NCBI GenBank assembly: GCA_965219445.1
Contig: CBDCNQ010000005.1
Location: 1,024,001-1,088,000, forward strand
Reading direction: 5' to 3'
Length of the DNA: 64,000 nt
DNA from: Longimicrobiales bacterium
GTDB lineage: Bacteria; Gemmatimonadota; Gemmatimonadetes; Longimicrobiales; Gaopeijiaceae
The notes under the pieces were generated by a model. It was not told where the DNA came from and did no database searches. It saw nothing but the letters and a program-made list of their open reading frames with translations. Shown here one piece after another: positions 57,499 to 64,000 of the stretch; the first letter of the stretch is position 1; each line of letters opens with the position of its first letter. The position numbers and the translations under genes were made by a program.

Positions 57499-58650
57499 TC
57501 AGTGTGAGTCCGGCCAGACCCCGTCTGGAATGGGGGCGAGCTCCCGGAGTTGCTCGGCAGCATCCAACGCGGACAGTGCCGCGCACGCCGAGCCGACGAT
57601 GCGTGAGCCGCCCCCGAGGAAGACCGCTCCTCGGACGCGGACGAGTCCGTGGATTTCCGACTCCGCGGTGATCTCGAGATCGCCGGCGACGACCACGACC
57701 CCGTAATAACGAGTGGCAGCCCGGAAGCTCGCATCCCCCGCGATCAGCAGGACGCCCTGACCCTGCCCTCCGTTCACAATCAACGAACCCTCGGATTTCA
57801 CCACTGGTCTATACGCAGCGCAGGGGTCCGAGGCATCCAGCGGAGCTCCCCAATTGGTCCGGGAAGGCACGGCACACCGGCCCAGCCGACGGATCGGCGC
57901 CGGCGTGACGGTTCCAGACACTTGGAGATCGGCACCGTCCATGAGTGCATCATGCCCCAGAAGACCCAAGGAGGGTAGACGTAGCTCCACCGCACCTGAT
58001 CCCGGCTTCCGTCCGAGGTCGGCCCGTGGGTCCTCGTGTAGTTCTCCCTGAGGGTAAAGCCCGTAGGTGAACGGGGTATCCGCGTCTGGACTGAAGGGAA
58101 TACAGGACGCTTCCAGCCACGGAACCGGGGTATCATGAATCAGGCTGGGATCCACCATACTGCCGGCCTCGACCCGTGCAGGCTCGCCACTTTCGAGGAT
58201 CCCACGGGCAGCCGAGTACCGCGCCAGGGGGTCCATCGCCCAGTAGAGGCCCACCTGCCGATCCCGGCCGGGGTCAGTGTCCAACCACCCCTCAGCAAGA
58301 ATCAAGAGCACCTCGCGCGACAACCGCACCACCCTTGCAGCATATCGCGCCCGAGGCGGAACAGCCGCCGACCCCATCGGTATCCACTCCCCCCACGGGA
58401 GGGAGTCCATGCCCGTCATCGCCCGCGATGTCAGCTTCCGGCCCGATTCAGCGGCGAGCCTCCTGGTGAGCAAATCCCATCTCGCCCGCGATACGAAGAA
58501 CTCGGATCGAGTCATCACGAGAAGCGTGTGCCCCAACCCCGTGCCCGCAAGCAGCAAGAGCAGAACCCCGATCAACACGTACCCTCTTCGCGTTGCCTCT
58601 CGAAGGCCGTTGAGGAGGTGCAGTGGGTCGTGTTCAGCAGCCTTCTGCAT
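57499..58650 (-). CDS. PilX-like minor pilin
   Basis: RRGYVLIGVLLLLL, LAAESG; C-terminal beta-helix-like GQGVLLIAGD. Confidence 0.65.
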   Translation of the reverse strand: MQKAAEHDPLHLLNGLREATRRGYVLIGVLLLLLAGTGLGHTLLVMTRSEFFVSRARWDLLTRRLAAESGRKLTSRAMTGMDSLPWGEWIPMGSAAVPPRARYAARVVRLSREVLLILAEGWLDTDPGRDRQVGLYWAMDPLARYSAARGILESGEPARVEAGSMVDPSLIHDTPVPWLEASCIPFSPDADTPFTYGLYPQGELHEDPRADLGRKPGSGAVELRLPSLGLLGHDALMDGADLQVSGTVTPAPIRRLGRCAVPSRTNWGAPLDASDPCAAYRPVVKSEGSLIVNGGQGQGVLLIAGDASFRAATRYYGVVVVAGDLEITAESEIHGLVRVRGAVFLGGGSRIVGSACAALSALDAAEQLRELAPIPDGVWPDSH

Positions 58651-58665
58651 GGATCCGCCCTCGAA

Positions 58666-59415
58666 TCAACGGTGCTCAGGGGTCCAAAACTGGAGGGACG
58701 TCGAGCTGGTATCGGCTCCCTCACGTAATCCGTCGGCAACGAGCCGGAAGACGACCCGATCCACCCGGGCCTCCATGGTCGATCGATCGTCGTCGAACAC
58801 GTTCGGGGTCAGGGGCTGTCGGCCACCCAGTCCTCGGCGATAGCGCAGGGCTCCGCCGCCAATATGATAGCTCCCTCGTTCGAAGACCCTGACAACCAAC
58901 GCACCCGTAACAGGCGGTTCTACGGTCCACACCTCGGAGTCCCCTACCAGATCCATCGTACAGGACTGTGCCCCCGAGGCCCGACCTGTCAGATCCGCAC
59001 CGTGCCATCCATCGGATGGCAGGATCAGAACAGAGTCCTTTACCGGATTCGCCATCCGCTCGCCGTGGTAGGCCACGACGATCCTTCCGGGCTCGTTACC
59101 GAACCCGCACACCGGCCCCCATCCACGAAACGCCCGGAGTGAAAGACTGTCAGACGTCGGACCGATCCAGTCTCTCCCTCTCACTCCCGCCCGCAGTTCC
59201 TTCCCGATCACGATCGCCGCGAGTCGTCGAGCCGAAAGTAGATCCATTTCGGACCTCAGTCGGGACGCGATGCTTCGTTGACGGGCGAGAGAGTTCCAGC
59301 TCAACGAGATCACCGCGAGCCCCATCAGCAGGGACACGAGCACCTCCACGACCGTGACACCGCAGCGGTTAGAAGGCCGTTGAAGGAGTACAGTGGGCCG
59401 CGTTGCGGATGCCAC
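58666..59415 (-). CDS. PilW-like minor pilin (start uncertain)
   Basis: Prepilin motif RCG-VTVVEVLVSL. Confidence 0.65.
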   Translation of the reverse strand: MASATRPTVLLQRPSNRCGVTVVEVLVSLLMGLAVISLSWNSLARQRSIASRLRSEMDLLSARRLAAIVIGKELRAGVRGRDWIGPTSDSLSLRAFRGWGPVCGFGNEPGRIVVAYHGERMANPVKDSVLILPSDGWHGADLTGRASGAQSCTMDLVGDSEVWTVEPPVTGALVVRVFERGSYHIGGGALRYRRGLGGRQPLTPNVFDDDRSTMEARVDRVVFRLVADGLREGADTSSTSLQFWTPEHR

Positions 59416-59582
59416 GGCCTCAGCTCCTAGGCGGAGCGACGACGCCATAGCCATAGCTACGGTTAGGAGCTCCAACAACGGAGATGAGGCCGTGCCACCG
59501 CAACCCTTCAACGTGTGAGATCATGTCTTTCATGGTCGTGGGCACAGGGCGGTTGTGCGGTTGATCCTGCGTCTGTACTCCT

Positions 59583-59921
59583 TCAACGGCCTTCCTGAAC
59601 ATTCGCCTGAGCTGTGCTCAGACCCACGGACCCACTGGCACCGGGGCCACCCTGAAAGGTGACCGTGACGAGCCCGTCCGCCTCACGCGTCCAACGGATC
59701 AACCCGTGTTGTGTATCGATCGAGCCGGGCCCACTCCAACCCGCAAATGACAGCGAGTCGGCCAGCCACTCTACAGCTCGAGACGCGGACTCCAGGGCGG
59801 CCGCGGCGAGGAGCGTTTTTTGGGCCTGGAGGGTCATCGCCAAAACGCCTAGAACGCCCACCTCGAAGACGACAAGGGCGACCAAGACCTCCACGAGACT
59901 GAACCCGCCTCGACTCCTCAC
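59583..59921 (-). CDS. pilV: PilV-like minor pilin
   Basis: RGG-FSLVEVLVALVVFEVGVLG. Confidence 0.75.
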   Translation of the reverse strand: MRSRGGFSLVEVLVALVVFEVGVLGVLAMTLQAQKTLLAAAALESASRAVEWLADSLSFAGWSGPGSIDTQHGLIRWTREADGLVTVTFQGGPGASGSVGLSTAQANVQEGR

Positions 59922-60346
59922 TCCCGCCGAATCCGTCCGTAGGCCGAGATGATCAACCGGGCAACCGCCGATCCGCGGGTGAACGTGACCGAGTGCGCGG
60001 CCATACTACCCAAACCCGACGCGTCGAAGCGGAGCTCGACCGACGGATGTCCACCGGAAAGCATCAGCTCTGTTCTCCAGGTCGCTCCTATGTACGCGTG
60101 GTGCAGCAGCTCTCCCCCCGTCTCGATTCTAATTTCGGCGGGATTGCTGACGACAATCAGATTCGAGCCCCCTCGCCGCAGCGCTTCGGCCCTAGCCCGC
60201 ATGATCAACCCGACGAGATCCTCCCGAGCGCCGATCACCGAAAGCCGCTCCTGGACGCGATGGCCTACCGGAAGGGACAACGTCGTTGCCAGAGCCAGGA
60301 GTGTCAGGACACCCGTAAGCTCGAGGAGAGTGAAGCCACGTCGCAT
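59918..60346 (-). CDS. fimT: FimT/GspH-like minor pilin
   Basis: RRG-FTLLEL, ARAEALRR, RFDASG, ISAYGRIR. Confidence 0.78.
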   Translation of the reverse strand: MRRGFTLLELTGVLTLLALATTLSLPVGHRVQERLSVIGAREDLVGLIMRARAEALRRGGSNLIVVSNPAEIRIETGGELLHHAYIGATWRTELMLSGGHPSVELRFDASGLGSMAAHSVTFTRGSAVARLIISAYGRIRRE

Positions 60347-60425
60347 GGTCCGACGATACCCTCGCTCAAGGGGCGCGGGAATGCTGGGTCAGGCCAACAT
60401 TGCTGGAGCCCGACCTTCCGCCAAC

Positions 60426-61781
60426 TCAGTCCAGTCCGTAGTCCTGTATCTTGTAACGGAGAGCCCGCGGGGAGAGTTCGAGCAACGCCCCCGCCTTCGA
60501 CCGGTTCCCGCCCGTGCGCTCCAAGGCCCGTTGAATGAGCTGCCGTTCCAGCTGTGCGGACCGGCGTTTCACCGAAAGGTCGTCCGACTCGTAGATCGCC
60601 TCGACCGTCACACCCATGTGACCGAGTCGATCGGAAAGCGCCTCCTCAGCCAACTCCGTTCCTTCGGAGAGAACCGCGGCCTGTTCGAGCACATTCTCCA
60701 GCTCACGGATATTGCCCGGCCATGGATAGGCGAGCAAGAGCTTCATCGCAGCCGGCGAGACCGCGGCCACCTTCACGTTGAGCCGCTCCCTCAAGCGCTC
60801 CAATAAATGGTGTGTAAGGTCCGGGATCGCCTCTGTCCTCTCCCTCAGAGGCGGCAGATGAATGGGGATCACCGCCAACCTGTAGTAGAAGTCTTGGCGG
60901 AACTCACCAGACTGCACCGCCGCCCGCAAGTCGATGTTCGTAGCTGAAACGATCCGAACGTCTACCTGGGACGTGTCGGTACCTCCCAGACGCCTGATCT
61001 CACCCTCCTGCAACGCACATAGCAGCTTCACCTGAAGGGCGGTCGGCAACTCCCCGACCTCATCGAGGAACAGTGTCCCACCCTCCGCCGCTTCGAACAA
61101 CCCAGCGCGATCATTATCGGCACCCGTGAACGCTCCGCGCACGTATCCGAAGAACTCGGACTCAAGAAGCGTCTCCGGTATCGCACCACAGTTGACCGGA
61201 ACGAAAGATTCGTCGGCTCGATCGCTTTCGCGATGGATCAGCCGGGCCATTGACTCCTTGCCGGTACCGGACTCCCCGGTCAGCAAAACGGGGGACCGAT
61301 GGCGAGCGACCTTCGCCGCCGTCTCGAGAGCCCGAATCATGGTCGGCGAGCGGGCCACGATGTCCCCGAGTCGTCGTTCCGCGCTCACCTCGGCGCGAAG
61401 GGGCCCGACTTCAGTCCGAAGCTGCTCCCTCTCCTCGGCCTTTCGGATCGTAAGGAGAACCTCGTCCGCTCCGAACGGCTTGGGTAGGTAGTCGTAAGCT
61501 CCCGACTTCATCGCCTCGACCGCAAGCTCCATGTTTCCATAAGCGGTCATCACGATGACCAGCGCCTGACCCTCCGCCTCGCGAAACCGCTTGAGGAACT
61601 CCAAACCGTCCATCTGGGGCATGCGAACATCACAGAGGATGATCTGGGGGTTCTCATTCTCGGCTATGGCCAATCCTTCCTTGCCGTGAGCCGCGAGGAG
61701 TACGTCGTGTCCGCCCTCCTCCAGAATGAGTGTCAGAGATTTGCGAAGCCCCTGATCGTCGTCGATCACGAGGACCTTCAT
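60426..61781 (-). CDS. pilR: Sigma-54-dependent response regulator (PilR/NtrC family)
   Basis: REC domain, GESGTGKE, GAFTGA, LFLDEV, Fis-type HTH; located in the pilus locus. Confidence 0.85.
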   Translation of the reverse strand: MKVLVIDDDQGLRKSLTLILEEGGHDVLLAAHGKEGLAIAENENPQIILCDVRMPQMDGLEFLKRFREAEGQALVIVMTAYGNMELAVEAMKSGAYDYLPKPFGADEVLLTIRKAEEREQLRTEVGPLRAEVSAERRLGDIVARSPTMIRALETAAKVARHRSPVLLTGESGTGKESMARLIHRESDRADESFVPVNCGAIPETLLESEFFGYVRGAFTGADNDRAGLFEAAEGGTLFLDEVGELPTALQVKLLCALQEGEIRRLGGTDTSQVDVRIVSATNIDLRAAVQSGEFRQDFYYRLAVIPIHLPPLRERTEAIPDLTHHLLERLRERLNVKVAAVSPAAMKLLLAYPWPGNIRELENVLEQAAVLSEGTELAEEALSDRLGHMGVTVEAIYESDDLSVKRRSAQLERQLIQRALERTGGNRSKAGALLELSPRALRYKIQDYGLD

Positions 61782-63088
61782 TCGACCTCCTGTCTCTCTA
61801 TCGCATCAGAGTACCTGGCTCCAACAGCCCCGTACTCCTCTGAAGTGGATGCCACCGTGATCGCCTCCGGCAGCCGAACCTCGAAGCGCGCCCCACCCTC
61901 GGATGGGCTCTCCACATCGATACGCCCGCCCATCCCCGTCACGAGACGGGCAGAAATGAAAAGGCCCAAGCCGGTACCTTTCCCCGGTTCCTTCGTGGTG
62001 AAGAAGGGATCGAATACGTGGGTCTGGTCGGCAGAAGGTAGGCCCGGTCCGTTATCGGACACCGCGACCACGACGACCCTCTGTGCGGTCTCGATGGTGC
62101 CGAGTGCTTCCACGTCGAAGGCGCGTGCAACCCGGCGCCTGTGCATATAATTGACCCCGGGCGGATCATCCCCGCGTCTCCGGAGAGGGTTGGCGGCCGG
62201 GCCGGCTTCCGACCACAGAGCGACATCGACCTTGGAGACGTGCACATTTTCCACCGCATCCAACGCATTCAAGAGTAAGTTTACGAGCACCTGTTCCAGG
62301 TGCCGCGGGTCTACCAAAACAGGCGGGCACCCGTCTTCGAGCGTCCACGTGTGCTCTATCTGTCCGAGTCGACCCTGGTTTTCCAGAAGCTCGCGCACGC
62401 CCTCGACGACTTCATCGACCCGAACCGGAGCCACCTCGTCGGGCTGGGGCCGGGCGAAATCAAGAAGTCCTCGAACGATTCCATCGATGCGCTGTGCCTC
62501 GGAACGGATCGACTCCAGGAGCTCCGGATCTCCTTGATCCACCTCGACGCGTCGGAGGGCGACATCGGCATATCCGATGATTGCAGTCAGTGGGTTACCG
62601 ACCTCATGCGCGATGCCAGCCGCCAGAGTTCCCACCGACGCCAGCCTGGCAGCTTGGATGACCTCATTTCGAGCTTCGACGAGCGCCACGTTGGTTTCAT
62701 CGAGCGAGCGAACATTCTCGGCCAGGACCTGTTGGCCCGCGATGAGCCGGTCGGCCATCGCGTTCACGCTCTCCGTGATACTTCTGAGCTCGAGACCCTT
62801 GGGGATTTCGAGCCGGTGCCGATAGTCACCGTCGGCGATCTGCTTTACTCCGAGGACCAACTCGTCCACCGGCTCCAGCAAATTTTTCTTGAGGGCCCAG
62901 CCACCGAAGGTAAGAACGATAACGAGGTCCACTGCCACGATGATGAGAATGAAGACCGTCGCCTCGCCTGTGGAACGAAAAAAGGGAAGCACCAAGCTGA
63001 TGGCGATTCCCAGAAGGAGGGTGACCCCCCCGAACAAAATCCCCAGGGAGACAAGCAGCTCGCGACGAAGGGGTGTCGGGGAACTCAT
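61778..63088 (-). CDS. HAMP sensor histidine kinase (PilS-like)
   Basis: Two TMs, HAMP, AHEVGNPL, NLLLNA, DNGPG, FDPFFTTK, GTGLGL. Confidence 0.9.
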   Translation of the reverse strand: MSSPTPLRRELLVSLGILFGGVTLLLGIAISLVLPFFRSTGEATVFILIIVAVDLVIVLTFGGWALKKNLLEPVDELVLGVKQIADGDYRHRLEIPKGLELRSITESVNAMADRLIAGQQVLAENVRSLDETNVALVEARNEVIQAARLASVGTLAAGIAHEVGNPLTAIIGYADVALRRVEVDQGDPELLESIRSEAQRIDGIVRGLLDFARPQPDEVAPVRVDEVVEGVRELLENQGRLGQIEHTWTLEDGCPPVLVDPRHLEQVLVNLLLNALDAVENVHVSKVDVALWSEAGPAANPLRRRGDDPPGVNYMHRRRVARAFDVEALGTIETAQRVVVVAVSDNGPGLPSADQTHVFDPFFTTKEPGKGTGLGLFISARLVTGMGGRIDVESPSEGGARFEVRLPEAITVASTSEEYGAVGARYSDAIERQEVE

Positions 63089-63211
63089 GGTCGCATGGCA
63101 CCGGAGGCAAAAAGTGCAAGACGCCGGAGGTTCTCTACTCCGGCGTCTTCGAGGAAGACTACTTCTAACTTGTACTCGGGATGGATCTGCTGCAACGATA
63201 GGGTCTCAGCC

Positions 63212-63594
63212 CTAACGTGTGCAGGCAATGACCCCCTCCGCCGTACCCGGGTCCCCGCCCGCGGCCGCCGCATTCCCTTGATACAGGCCACAGTGTTCGG
63301 CGCTGAGGCCCGCGTGGGACGCAGTCGCAGCCCAGCCAGCGCCAGTCGCCTCGTTGATCGTGATGGTCACTCCGTCACTCACGGTCGCGCCGACGATGGC
63401 AAGCGAATTGCCGAAAGAGAAGGCAGAGTTGTGATAGATCTCCTGCTGAGTCGCCAAGTTCTTTAGATCGGTCTTCATCGTGGAGAGGAACGCCTTCTCT
63501 ACTTCGGAATGGCGACGGAAGCCAGGATGCCGATGATCACGACGACGATGAGGAGTTCGATCAGTGTGAAGCCTCTTCGCTTGTCCATGCTCAT
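63212..63594 (-). pseudogene. pilA: Type IV pilin, frameshifted
   Basis: RRG-FTLIELLIVVVIIGILASVAIPK* then EKAFLSTMKTDLKNL in another frame (small deletion near 63500). Confidence 0.88.
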
Positions 63595-63713
63595 CTCCTC
63601 CTTCTTTCGTCGTCTCGTGTTTTGAGGGGGGAGGCAAGAGAGCGTGGCCCGGGAGAGCCCGAGCCACGCTCGCCAAATCGAAAGCACACAGTGCCTCCGA
63701 AGACTAGAGGCCG

Positions 63714-64000
63714 CTATTGAGTGCAGGCCATCTCACCCGGAGCTGTCGGAGTTGCGGCACCCACCGACACCGCACTCGCGCCACCATAGTAGATCGCGCA
63801 GCCCTCCGTGGCGGCCAACGCGGCATGCGTCGCCGTCGCGTTCCAACCGGTGGAGGTACCCGTGGGAGTGACCGTCACGCCCGTGGAACTCACGAAGCCG
63901 AGCGACGTGGTGTTGGCGGTGTAGGAATACTCGTCCGCGTAGTAGATCTCCTGCTGGCTAGCAAGATTCTTCAGGTCGGACTTCATGGCCGCAAAATAGG
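63714..64000 (-). CDS. pilA: Type IV pilin paralog; 5' end outside the window
   Basis: YFAAMKSDLKNLASQQEIYY...GW.ATATH..C...C, paralogous to the 63212 copy. Confidence 0.85.
   Translation of the reverse strand, partial: YFAAMKSDLKNLASQQEIYYADEYSYTANTTSLGFVSSTGVTVTPTGTSTGWNATATHAALAATEGCAIYYGGASAVSVGAATPTAPGEMACTQ

Noticed and set aside
59420..59535. Possible small frameshifted membrane-protein gene between pilV and the PilW-like gene
   Set aside because: No motif strong enough to support it without a database search

Overview
GC-rich bacterial window. The gene content resembles Gemmatimonadota or host-associated symbionts, but this is inference. About 55.6 kb is a mosaic genomic island whose right edge cuts into pilN of a decaying type IV pilus locus (55.6-64 kb). 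The left part (1-27 kb) is dense with IS elements and P4-like integrase remnants and carries cargo: a BCCT transporter, a HEPN protein, a putative restriction nuclease with a broken Dam-like MTase, ppk2, an OM beta-barrel and a TonB-dependent receptor. It includes a nested IS stack in which two IS110-family elements sit inside one IS256. For both, candidate bridge/seek-RNA guide segments matching their own flanks can be read from the sequence, and one appears to target the IS256 terminal inverted repeat. An IS630 composite transposon carries ppk2. The region 24-54 kb is an ICE-like unit with an integrase, AlpA, VirB2/3/4/9/10/5/6/8, a coupling protein, VirB11 and ArdC. It has no recognisable HUH relaxase but encodes a wHTH + PD-(D/E)XK candidate, and a 3296-aa autotransporter adhesin preceded by a (GGAGCCG)x~21 repeat. 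Four ColE1-bom-like oriT motifs follow integrase ends. All calls were made by eye; no searches were run.
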